Positions 48,820 to 60,719 of a stretch of 64,000 nucleotides of DNA are shown in pieces. This stretch comes from Takakia lepidozioides (lineage: Eukaryota > Plantae > Bryophyta), in contig CM060731.1 of assembly GCA_030704615.1 (NCBI GenBank), positions 73,036,001-73,100,000 of the forward strand, read 5' to 3'. Position numbers and translations under genes: made by a program. The stretch's first letter is position 1. Each line of letters starts with the position of its first letter. The notes under the pieces are model-generated. The model saw only the letters and a list, made by a program, of their open reading frames with translations. It was not told the origin of the DNA and made no database searches.

Positions 48820-51800
48820 ATGGCCGCGGCTCCATTGTTCTCGATGGTGGCCGTAAATACGCGGTCTCTCTCACTGAAGGTACGTCGTCTAGCTAGATTT
48901 TTTTTGGTTGTTGGAAGGATTAACTTGAGCTCCTGCGTCAGTGTTTTGAAACTCCTCCTCAAAATATTGCAAAACATATGTTCATCTTTTCATGTTCTCT
49001 TCGTCAAGTCTAGACAATGATCCTTTGCATTCTCTCTCTATCTCTCTGTGCAGCATGAGACTGCTTCCCACCGGCCAAATCAAGTGAAGTATTGCTCTTG
49101 TTTTCATCAATCCCAGCATGTCATCCTGTCTAACCTCCAAGGGCCACAAAGCAGCAAAAATCCTCTTTCAAATCAAGGCTCGCTACAATGGCATGCTAGG
49201 AGACACAAAGAGATCCAGCAGAAGGCCAGCCATAGCAGAGTCACGAAGACTGAGGGACAGGGAAGTGCAATTGCATCGGGGACAGCAGAATCGTATGGGG
49301 AGAGAGAAGAAGCTCGCTGGCTTCGTGAGGAACAAAGATGGTTGCGCGAGGAGGAGAGATGGCAGCGGGAAGAGGTTCGGTGGAATGCTGAACGTCAAGT
49401 GTGGGCACAGGAATCAGCAGCCTTTGCAGTCGAAATCAAGGTAACAGTTTCATTGTTGTGCATGTGTTCTTGACTACTTCTAGCGAAGTGTGAAAGAATG
49501 ATGGCCACTTGGTTTTACAACCCCATTTCTATCCATTTGTTTGGATTAAATACAATCAAATCTCCATGGATCTGCAATCAATCAGATCAGCTACTGTCAC
49601 AGCTGTTGTTTTCTTTTTGGATCCCACAGAAGATACTATGTAAACTTATGTGTGGAGCTCCTACCATGCCCATGAAGGTTTGTCGCCTCGTTTTTACTGT
49701 TGCAGTTTGTCAGTGAATATGGAAATCGAATTGTCATTAGACTTCTCACCATGAAATTTCAGCTGTAAGATTGATGAAGAGTTGGAGCTCATGCAATTGG
49801 TGGTAGGTGCTGAAGCAAGAACTCGAGCAGCTTCGTGCGTTGACTAGCAATGAAAGAGTGTCAAGTGGGTCCTTCAGCAAGGTCATGACGGACTTGAAAA
49901 GCCTTCTAGAATCTTTACGAAGTTCAGGTACGGCCAAAAGACCATATTACATGTATTCAATCCTCATCTATGGGTACAGCTACAGTGGGCTTCAATTTTC
50001 AGCAAGTTGACTCTTCTCAATTGGATGTGTAGCTGGTGCTTGAGAGCATAAATTACCATCATGTTGAGAACATGTACTAGGCGAACTGGGGAGCAACAAA
50101 GAAAACAAGAATGGACAATAAGGTCCACAAGAGCCTATGGGACAAGCCTAACAAACAAAGAAACAACTGGAAAAACCCAGGCCTATTCTCTGCTGAAAGA
50201 CTTGGGGCCTTATGAAGGTAAGCTGTTAGAGAATGTACTCATAAGAAGTTGTTTGCTGTAGCTGCTAGTGACAGGGAGAGAAAGCTGAAGGAATCAAGGG
50301 GAATGTTGTTCTCCTGCTTGTTGGATCAGTGAGTCGGCCTCTTGAGTGCCCTGGAATCACAAGCGTTTTGTCAGTGCCATTCACATTGCATCTTATGTTG
50401 GCATAGATGCAGATGCCAACCAGCCAGCGGTTACAGAGGAAGTGGAGGTGCTGTTTGAAAGCTCTGCCGAGTATTCCGAACTCAGTACAGTATCCAAAGA
50501 AGAACTTTCTCCCTCAACAAATCCAACTCTGTCGATGTCAGATTTCTCCATCAATCTAGTCTCACCTGCGGATGTGATTGCTGCTGTTGCTTCAAGGACA
50601 GTAGGTTCGATCGTTGGGCCTGAAACCAAGGGTTCAGACATTGCATCCCCTTCTGTGGCCCCAACAAAGCAGACACTGAAGATAGGGTCACAGGGGGACG
50701 ATGTGCGAGCACTGCAGGTGTGGCAGGAGCGGTCCTTTTGTTGCATTTGACGGTGATTGAAAGGCGAGTGAGCATTTTGCTTGGATGGATGCCAGCTGTA
50801 GTTTGTTTGTATAGGTGCCAACCAGACCTCTACAGTATAGGAAGAGGGAAAGAGAGGAAAAGCCTGTCACTGGAAACCAGGCACTCCTGGCTCCTACTTG
50901 GGTGGTCACTGTCGTCTGAGTGTTGGCCAGGCATCCCGGGTTGTGCTGGCCAAGAGCACTCAAGTGTACTTTTGCAGATCTGGGAGGGGGCATTCTGACG
51001 TCCTTCTCCATGTTGCTTCTTAGACAACAAAGCAAGTTGTGTGGCACATAAAAGAGGGGATTTCTATGGTATAATGTTGTGTTTGCGCACAACATACATT
51101 GCTGATTTGTGACCCTAATGTAGCTCATGAATAAACCGAGAAACATGTACCTGCAAAAGTGTTTTGATATATTTTGAGGTACAGGCCCAGTGAGACACGG
51201 CCTCCAGAGCCAGTTGTTGGGTTTCTACCCTCAAGGGGCTGGAGCTCAGGGCCAAATTGCCAGATTGCTCACACAGGCAACAACAAGAACGTTTGAGAGA
51301 GAGAGAGATGCGCAGAATCTAAGGAGCTTTATAAAGTGTACAAAATGCTAGGGAAAGAGCTAGGGCCCTGTGGCTGTAAGGTCATGGAATTCATGTTGCA
51401 TAGGAAGGAAAGGGGAGCTGGTCCTCCAGGTATAGTTACTCGGGGTGCTGAACAGCTGATTCTCTAGTTTAAAGTTGAACGGTCATGTTGGCGATGCTTA
51501 GGTTTGCTTGTTGCTGTTTCAGGATGCCCTTTAGACTCAGCTTTTATTCAGGGGAGGATGAAATGGAATTCTCCAGTTTCTCTAATGACACTGAGAAACC
51601 TGTCAAAACATGGCGGGTGTGTTTGCATACATGCAGTTGAGTATGCATTGATGTGCTTGCAACTTTCTGTATGGTGTATGTGAAAGCTTTAAAAGATCTT
51701 GGTTTCTTGGATTGAGCACTTGGAATCAACCAGTACTTTTCTGCCACAAAAGTCCTTTGGAGTGAAATGATTTGCTTAGAGTGAAATGATTTGACATACT

Positions 51801-53519
51801 GTTTCTTTGACAGGCATCAATAGGTGTGGTGGAAGATGGCGTGATATCAGCAGAGCTCTTGGGAAAGATGTTAAGAGAAAGCAACTCAGCATCAGCTTCC
51901 TCAAAAAAGGACAAATCCAACCCAACTGTTGCTAGTTCTCCACCCAAGGTGAGTGCTGCAGAATGCATGCAGAAGTGTGAGTGAAAAGAAGATGAAAATC
52001 ATCATGTCCACTGTAAGGAGGGCCTATTAAGATACTTCCAAATGAGATCACCAATTAAAAACCCAATGTAAGTTGCGGCCCAACGACGTGTAACAGAGAG
52101 AGATTGGTTGTTAGAGGGGGTTTACTGCCTACAGCTTACTGCTGCCTCACTAGTTTGGTTGTGTCACGGTATATGGCCAACCTGTAATGGATGATAAATT
52201 TGTGCATTCAGACCGGGGTACCCGGTGTTAATAATCCCACTTCACCCGCATCGATTGTGCCTGTGGCAGGAGAGGGAGATAGACCGCTTTGCTCGAAGTG
52301 ATGCTGAAGAAGGCACTGGTAATGATCGTCGAGTCTACTTGCTGGGTGAAAATCGGTGGGAGGAGCCAAGTAGACTCTCAAAGAAAGAGAATGGACGGAC
52401 ACAAATGAAGCTTGTTGGTGTAGAGATGTGCTTTTCTTGCAGAGGGGAAGGCGTTACTCTGTGCACCGGTATTTTCCTAATCTTCCAAGTTGTCTGTGGT
52501 TGGGCAGGCTTGTTGCCGTAACCTTTAACAACTTTTCCCAGCACATTTCATAGATGTTCAGGGAAAAGCATGGTCATCAACATACATTCAGTTCGGGAAG
52601 CGGGCTAGGTCCTTGCAAAGGATTTTTTTCCTACACAGCTTATTTGCAGGTCGTATCACTAGATATAGGTGATAAATGTATAATGCTGGTTGTGAGACAA
52701 GTTGGCCATAGTTTTGACAGCTGTTGAACTTGGCCCAAATTATTTGCTACATTGTATAAATCATATTCTTCCCAGATTAGATATCAGCTGCAGGAAATGA
52801 GTGCCTTTGCAAGCGGGTGAGAGACAGGTTCCAATACAAGTGACTTGTGACAATTTAGGTCACATAGAAAGTATCTGTTATGCATGCTGGACATATGGAT
52901 GATGCACTGTTGCGCTCTGTGCTTTTTTTTGCAGAGTGTGAGGGTACCGGTGATCTTAACGTAGAGGAGCAGGTAATGTCACCTCTCTGATGATTGGTAC
53001 CCATCCACGTATTTAGAGAGCCTTTACATTGGAATGACTTCCATCCAGGTGGGTATTCATGGGTGTCAGTCACCAGGAATTTCGGTGCTTCGGTATCCCT
53101 CAAGTCTGTCAATATTACATAGATATATTGTATGTTAGAGATGTGCTCACTGTGTTTCTTGCCTCTCTCCTGAAACCAAAAATCCTGAGTCCCTCTCTCA
53201 GTTTAAGCTACCTCTGCCCCTTCGCCCTTTTTAAACCTGCTCTATCCAAGCTGGGTCGTCAATGGCCACAAAGCTACCAATATGAAGTCACATCAGCACT
53301 ACCTCTATCATGAGTGCTATGGCAGTTTTGGGGCGAGTTTCATTAGTGTGCACTTTTCTCTCGGATGTGTAAAGGGCACTCACAATGCAACTTCAACATG
53401 CTTGGAGTGTGCAGTTTTTGGAATGGATGGAGGAGGGTGCTAAATGTCCCTATTGCGAAGGGTCTGGAGCCGTTGCTTGTGATATTTGTGTAGGAAAGGA
53501 GGGTATGAAGGCTTCATAA
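48820..53519 (+). pseudogene. PTAC5: Plastid transcriptionally active 5 (coiled coil, peptidoglycan-binding-like domain, DnaJ-type zinc finger) with two apparent frameshifts
   Basis: REEARWLREEQRWLREEERW, TLKIGSQGDDVRALQ, FYSGEDEMEFSSFS..VKTW, VYLLGENRWEEPSRL, CFSCRGEG..CTECEGTGDLNVEEQFLEW..CPYCEGSGAVACDICVG. Frame breaks near 51532 and 52275. Confidence 0.85.
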
Positions 53520-54218
53520 AACCTTATGCTTCAAAAAGTAATTAGATCCTTTGCATTACCTCAGAGATCGACTTTAGTATGACCTAACTGTCATCAACAA
53601 TCTTTTCTAAATTTGTGTGTCCAGAGCTTTGTGGCCACTCGCATCAGTTCCATGGAGACCCTGCCGAATGCAGTCCAACATGGCAAGCTTGAGCCACATT
53701 GCCAATAGCTACTGGATTTTCTGTCAGATTTTGAAGCTGCAATATTTATTTGGATTTCCTCACAGGTCACACTAGCCAAATAGTCAGCCAATATGGTATT
53801 GGTCATTGCTATTTGGACTCCACTATTGGAGTAAACACTGCACTAACCATATGTAAATGGAAGTGCAAGTGAGATACCACTAGCTTTGTTGTTGCTCCAG
53901 ACAAGCAATAAGCTCCTAGGGGTTGTTAGGGCTGAAAACCCAGGAGGAGGTGCCTGTTGCAATGGTGGGAGCAGTGACATGAGGCCAATTGGACCAAAAT
54001 CTATTGGTTAAGTGCAGTCTCCATCAGATCCAAAATTCCCAATACTGTTTGGTCATCAAAACAATCTTCCGTCAAGATGCTTTTGTGTAACGTAGCTAAG
54101 GTACCTTGAATCCCAGAAGGGCAGCGCACCAACAGAATTGCAGCAAAAATAATTGGCAGTGTGCTGCTGTTACAAACCCTAGTAAACTAGCATCAGAGGT
54201 GAGCGAAGAGTAACTGCT

Positions 54219-55119
54219 TCACGGTACACTGTCTCTGCTTTCCAAACTGGAGGAGTTGTGTTGCGGCAGTTGGCTTTGAACTGCTGCCAGCTCCTCCATA
54301 GCTTGAATCTCATCCGCTCTTCGCTGAGCTTCAATGACAACCACCTTATCGTCTGGCCACCGAAGAATGCAAACAGGATTAATTGCACTTATGTCTAGGA
54401 CATGACTCACTTAGTTGATGCTACTATTGAAGCTCTCCACTTCCCTCGATGTCAATGACGCTAGCGAGGGTCTTGCATGAAAAGGAGCTGCCATTATGTA
54501 CTGTGAGGATTGCTGAGAAATTGAAGTACTTGGAAGTCCAAACAAACTATCCCTGCTCATATGTTTAATTGCACAGGTTTACATACTCCACTCAAAAAAC
54601 AAGAGAGACTTCATTTCTTGCATTGCCACAGCGAGACTGAAGGTCTTGGGGCGGGTGGACAAATGAGGGAGAGCCTCTTCCAAGGCCTGGACATACTCAT
54701 CCTTGACCTCTTCATTTTGGAAATTTTCTATGCGCCACTTCCGAACCGAAAGTTTCACAGATCTCTTGGTGTTGGGAAAACACCTTTTGATCTCAGTCCA
54801 AACCAGGAAGTGGTCAGAGGTACCAATATCAGTTCTATCTATCAACACACTGGCACTATGGGGAAACAAATTTTTGTCCATTATGATGTAATCCACAATG
54901 GAACGTTCCCCAGTTTGGGCTTTCTCAGGAGTCCACTGCATTTGGTCTAACTACCCCGTGTGTAGATTTTGCTCGTCTTGTGTAAATTTTAAGGATCCGT
55001 AAACCATTCAGAGTACCAAATCCTTCAGTCGCACGTCGCTCAGACTCAGCACTCTTAGGGACAGTTTGTCTGTCTGACTGCTTGGAATCAAACCTCATCC
55101 AGTGCATCAAACTGGTTAG

Positions 55120-55157
<38 letters not shown>

Positions 55158-55466
55158 TAAGCGAACGAGTCCGATGCTGTAGAAGCCCACACCCCACAGT
55201 AGATGTATAGTTCGAAAGTTAAAAAAGGGTTGTAGCTGGGCAGAAGACACCAGCCAGCAACCAGGCATAGAAGCCTCACAACCATTCCCGTCCAAGACAA
55301 CCCTCCGGATACCCCCGCCCTTACACAAACATAGTAAATTTGCAAGCAAAAACGGGTGAACGGATGGAAGGGACGCACAGAAGCCGGTGGAAACCATGAA
55401 GAGCTCCATGCCAGCACCCGCGGCAGCACCTAGCAGCGAAAGCTTGAGGTACCAACGACTGTGCAT
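54219..55466 (-). CDS. Small single-TM protein, SMIM4/UQCC5 (UPF0640)-like, 2 exons
   Basis: Exon 55379-55466 gives MHSRWYLKLSLLGAAAGAGMELFMVSTGF and splices GT-AG to YDKVVVIEAQRRADEIQ... The G..ME.FM..GFYD pattern resembles SMIM4. Confidence 0.7.
54579..54941 (-). mobile_element. LINE APE-endonuclease fragment inside an intron
   Basis: WT..ERSIVDYII..IGTSDHFLVWTEI is the C-terminal endonuclease motif. Confidence 0.8.
55123..55154. repeat. (GA)n microsatellite
   Basis: Perfect GA run. Confidence 0.85.
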
Positions 55467-56095
55467 TCTCTGCTGGGTTGTCTTCTCGCTTTCCACTCCA
55501 CCCGCCGCTCAAACATTCAGCATGCGCATTCGAGACTCAAAACCTCGTTTCCCAGACATACTTCACAGTCCACTCTCTTGCAGGTCCTCCTCTTTCAGCT
55601 TACCAAGTACTTTAGTACTTTTGAAATTGAATTGGTTGTTTTAAGATGGCAAAGGCTGGGGGTAGGCAGTGCATAACAAACTTTCGCCCTTGCTACACTC
55701 TGCAGCAATGTAGCTGCTCTTATGTTCCCTATTTGTCTATGATGCTTGAAAAGCTTATCCTCCAGTGTGGTTGATAAGCAGTAAGGTTATAGCTTGCTTG
55801 TGCGAGAGCAGGGTACAACCAAGTGGCAATGCCAAATGCAAGTTGATTTGGGGCGGAGTGATTGTGTTGGGTTTGAGGAAGGGATGGTTGGAATGTTGTG
55901 GCCAAGTTAGGTGTTGATAGCTTGTTTTGAGTGAGATGGTGGAGAGTTGAAAATAGGTGTGATACCTATCTACCTTGATTTTTTGTGAGCATATTCATGA
56001 TGAGGCCATATTGGGTGAATGGGGTTGATGTGTGACACGGTGGCAGGGCCAGGGTCCTGGGCTGCTTGGCATGTCCAATAAAGGAGATGTGTACA

Positions 56096-56290
56096 TAGTA
56101 CCTTGGCAATTTCGACACAAATTTTAATATTTCAAAGATTATTAAAAAAATTAGAAATTCATTTTATTAAATTAAAGAATTTTGTGAATGATAATAAGCA
56201 TCTTTTGGAATATTCTATATGTCGAAATGAAATTCTCTAAATAAAATAAATATTCGACATGATTGTCGATCTTGCCACTGCAAGGTACTA
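56096..56290. mobile_element. Candidate MITE
   Basis: Ends TAGTACCTTG and CAAGGTACTA with further imperfect pairing (TCGACA/TGTCGA) and an AT-rich core. Confidence 0.5.
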
Positions 56291-56877
56291 CGGTATAGGG
56301 TGATTCGGGTTTGTTGGGCCATGCCTCAAGGCAAGGACTTCGCAGTCGCTTGGGTCTATAAGTACCTTCTGCCCAAAAGTAGCTTGGATCTTAAGACATA
56401 CATATATATATATATTTGCTCAAAGAAAATTTAGGTTCTGCCAATATGAACTAAGTTGTGCCAATAGCGCAGTTGGTGGCGCCACAACGCAAGCACCAAC
56501 AATGTAGGTGGTGTGAACAAGTAGGTTGATTTATCGAAGGACGTGGTCATATGGCATTCCTTCGTCTACCAAATGCCCAATAAATCAAAGGTAAAAATAT
56601 CTAGGCATAACTTTAAAGAATCTAAGAATCTATTAGAAAATATTTGGTGAACAAGTGGGATGAAGACATAGGCATTTGGTACATCTATGCATACTATGAA
56701 CCCTCGCTAAATTATCTACAACCTACCTATGTATCCCAATTCATTTGGGGAGTTTAGTAAAGTCAAAAATCTGGAGACTACGGGAACAACTAATGACGTT
56801 GGAGGCTTGGAGAGGAAGGAAGTGGCTCGATTGGACATAGACACTTGTACGCCAAGGCTAGCATAGAAGTAGGGTGG

Positions 56878-57390
56878 GCCCTCCTTCTACTTCTAGAGCT
56901 TTCCAGAAGCAGGATGAGGGGGTGGGCCCTTCTAGAAGACTCCACCACTGCCGTAAAAGAGACTATATAGAAGGGGTATACATTTTACAAGGTTTCTTCC
57001 GCCTCCCTTTGGTGGCCTCTGCAAACAGGCCCCCTTAGAAAATTAAAATTTGGAACCTGAACCATATTACCACAAGAGGCGCTAGCGTACAAGTAGGAGG
57101 GTTGATGGGAAGTAGACAGCTGGACGATTTTTTTTATACGGCATCGGATGGGACGGCGGGCACTGCAAGACATGCGCAGAACACCAGGACACCGCCCTCC
57201 TTCTACTTCTAAAGCTTTCCAGAAGCAGCCGGATGAGGCGGTGGCCCCCTTCTAGAAGGCTCCACCACTGCCTCCAAAAACTATATAAGGAGGGTAAGGG
57301 GTATACATTTTATTAGGATTCTCCCACCTCCCTTTGGTGGGCTCTACAAGCAACCCTTAGAAAATAAAAATTTGGAACCTCAACCATCAT
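56878..57390. repeat. Two diverged ~190 bp direct repeats
   Basis: 56878-57070 and 57195-57390 share CCCTCCTTCTACTTCTA.AGCTTTCCAGAAGCAG..GGGGTATACATTTTA..AAATTTGGAACCT. Confidence 0.8.
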
Positions 57391-60300
57391 CTAATTAAAA
57401 ATCTCTTACCTATGCAACAAATACAACAATATGGTGGCTTTGTGGGCCCCTTATTCATCTTTGCTCCTTCTATTAATTTATTATGTCATGGTTTGTGTTT
57501 TTTTTGGGCCCTGCATGCAGAGCCCCCTAGGTACTAGTAAGTGAGTAAGTAGTAAGTGAGAGGGGAAAAGAGCCCCACTCTCTTTATATACCCTCGTGGG
57601 GCGGTGAGACCTTCCAGAACTTCTCCAAACGTATGGCTGCTAGGTCCTACTGCCGCACCATCCATGTATTAATGTCCTTGGCTAGGCCCTCTCCGAGCCC
57701 TCTTCTTAGCCTTAATACAGGCTTTTCCCGTTCCCTGTGGGCCCTAGTTAATTCATGGACCAATCTGTAATCCCCACCCTTGCAAACCCTGGCCCCTTAT
57801 TACAGTCCATCTATGATACCACAAACACAAATGAACAACCAGTATGGTTGATTTGTCCCAGGTTGTGGGGGTTGTGGACGATGGTTGGTACCTAGTTGAT
57901 TACATGAGCATTTGGTATTCCATATGTGTGTATTGGAGATCACCACATCCATGCCAGTTTGACTTGGTTTGTGGCCCTGTCGGTCTGTGGCCCTTTCGGT
58001 CTGTGGACCCACTTGGCACAGTGACAACAAGGAATAATAGACCTGTGGGCCATACACTAGTCTGCCAATGATTATCGTGTCGAAGACGGCTAGCAGATCC
58101 ATGCAGTTTTAATGTAACAGTTAGGAAGATTTGAAATGCAAGGATAGGGTTCCATGCGGATGAAGCAATCCAGATGGCCGTGTGAATGCAAGGGTGGGAG
58201 TTCCCCTCTGCGTGCGGCTCTTGTCTGTTGTGCCTTCCTTCACATCTGTCCCCGCATCTTCCCTCGAGGGTCATCGAATTCGTTGCGCATCATCGCCTCT
58301 GTGAGTTTTGATGCTGTCGTGGATTGGGTTGTGAGGAAAATTGCAAATGTTTTGTGTTGAGGATGAAGTTGTTGCCCATCTCATCTTATAGGGATCGTGT
58401 CGATTTGTGATGCGACATCTCTCCGTCGGGTTTCAGCTTGTCTGTTTGTGGTGAATGACGATAGTGTACTCGTGGGCTAATTTAAATGTCGGGTTTCGCT
58501 ATTCTTCCCTCAATTGTCTGGCGTTGCCGCAGTGTAGAGCTTGTTCCATGATGTCAATTCTACTAATTGCTAAGTTAGCGTCGTTTTGGCGTTTGCAGCA
58601 TTACGGCCGGCAATTTTGAGGACAGAGAAGAGGCTTCTATAAATCGTGTGGAATTCTTCCGCTTTAACCAATCAAAGAAGGTGAAGCTATTGAATTGTGC
58701 GACTATGGACTCCCGAGAAGGTGAGAATTGGGAGGCTCTCTATCTCTTTGTTAATTTAAGCGATTAATTGTCGAATTGGTGTCAGTGCAGAGACTGTGGG
58801 TGACAGGTGTAGGACGTGGTTTTGGAAGTGCTTGTTGTTTCTGTCCTCTCCGAGTCTCTCTCTAGTGACTTTGACAGATCCTGGGAGGAGAGGTGCTTGC
58901 AATCTCGAGTTCGTATATTTGTGGGTAGAGATTCAGCCGTTTGACCCGGCCCAGAAAGTCTCTGTTTTTTGTCTCTATGCACATGTCTCTGTAAGCTTTA
59001 GTTGGCAAAACTGGAGGTTTGACTTGAATCAGTCTCTTGCTGTGGAGATTACAGTGTTCTGTTCAATTGTCGTTGGACTGGATTTTAATCTTTTGATGAT
59101 ATGCTCACCAAGTTGTTTTTTGCACACAGCCTGTCACAATTGACACTGGCTTCATTCAAAGTACTCATACCTTCACAAGTGAAATGGTAGAAACTGTGAA
59201 AACATTGTAGTTTGAGTTGGTTTTCAACAGTGAGATTTGCATGGCTGATATCACTAATGTCTTTGTCTCCTGGTTCAATCTGCATATAGGTTGATGTGTC
59301 TTGCACCCTGCTCACCTTTCTGTTTCTTTCCCTGCTCTACTTTACTTACTTTCTCTTCTCCACCATGCCATGTGTTTGTCAATGTCTCATAATGGATTTC
59401 CCTTAATCCATACAGTTATCTCTTGATTGGTGTGGTAGGATCAAGCGGAATAGATCCCCGTTCCCTTCTTTTCTTAATGTAATTTGTGAGCTAAGAGATG
59501 GTAAATCTGATGGTGTTACTATCTGTGAGTTCATATGTGACTGCGAACATGCTTCTGCAACTGAAAGTGTTGCATGTGGTCAGCACCAGAGTTGATTCCA
59601 ATAGACTCTTCAGAGATCGCTGTCTAATTTGCTGTTTCCAACAAGCATAGAAGCTGGTTCAGTACTGAGTGCTTAGGACCGATTACAGAGATCAATGGAG
59701 AACCTGCCATCTTAGGAATCTCTGAGGAGAGTCAAGCATAGTGACACAGTTGTCTCTGAGGAGATTTACGCAACGATCAATCGATATGGATTTCTCAAGA
59801 AAGATCATGACTACTTTTGGTATTCCTTAAGGGGGTTACCACCTGTGAGTTCCTTGGCATAAAGCTGGGGAAGTTCACAAAACTCGAGTTTCCAAGTTGA
59901 TGACTGAATGAATCTGGAGAATTTTATCCCGCAATAACCGAACTGAAGGTACAGAACTAAGTGCCTCATGAAAGTGGTCACTGGGCCTGGCAGTATTGGG
60001 TTGCTAGTACTAGAGAGAGGGAGAGGACTCCAGCCAAAGCCAGCGTAACTAAGAGCCACTTCACCTTGCGGCTACTGCCCCCTTTTGGTAGTGGGGCCCT
60101 ATTTGCCAGTACTATTGTGGTTTTCGAACAACATGGCTTTGTCAAACACAAAATTCTTCTTCTTCTGCACACAACCCCTTTCCCCCCAACACACAAAGCA
60201 ATATAGCTGGGTTCAAGTGTAGTGCCCGTGGGTCTCTTCCTGAGAGTGTGTGTGAGGGAGAGATGCAGTCTAGTGGTTAGGGCATGTGACCACACTGTAG

Positions 60301-60719
60301 GTGGTCATATCATGTTGCTGGATACCTGGGTCCATAGCAGAAGAAATATAGCACAAAGCCCTGAAGCACATAAAGTGGTGGGTGGGTTATATGGGTCGAC
60401 TCAGTCTATGGGGTTTGCCATGTCAGCCTTGTCCTTTACCATGCTTTTGTATATGGAATATTATGCGACACCATGCTCTGAGTGCCCTTCCCTTGGCCTA
60501 CCCTATGGCAACTCAATTTGAGTTCTGGACACATTTCTTTGACATCCTCACCAAAGACTTTGCTGCAGGACTCACGAATCCAAGGAGACTTTGGTAGCCC
60601 GAGCAGACAAGCTCTGCTATGTGGATGCCTTACTGCTCGTTACTCCCCACATCTTTGGTTCCTAAATGGATGACTACTAATGTTGCCCTAACCGGGAATT
60701 TCCTATGTGTTATGTCCAG

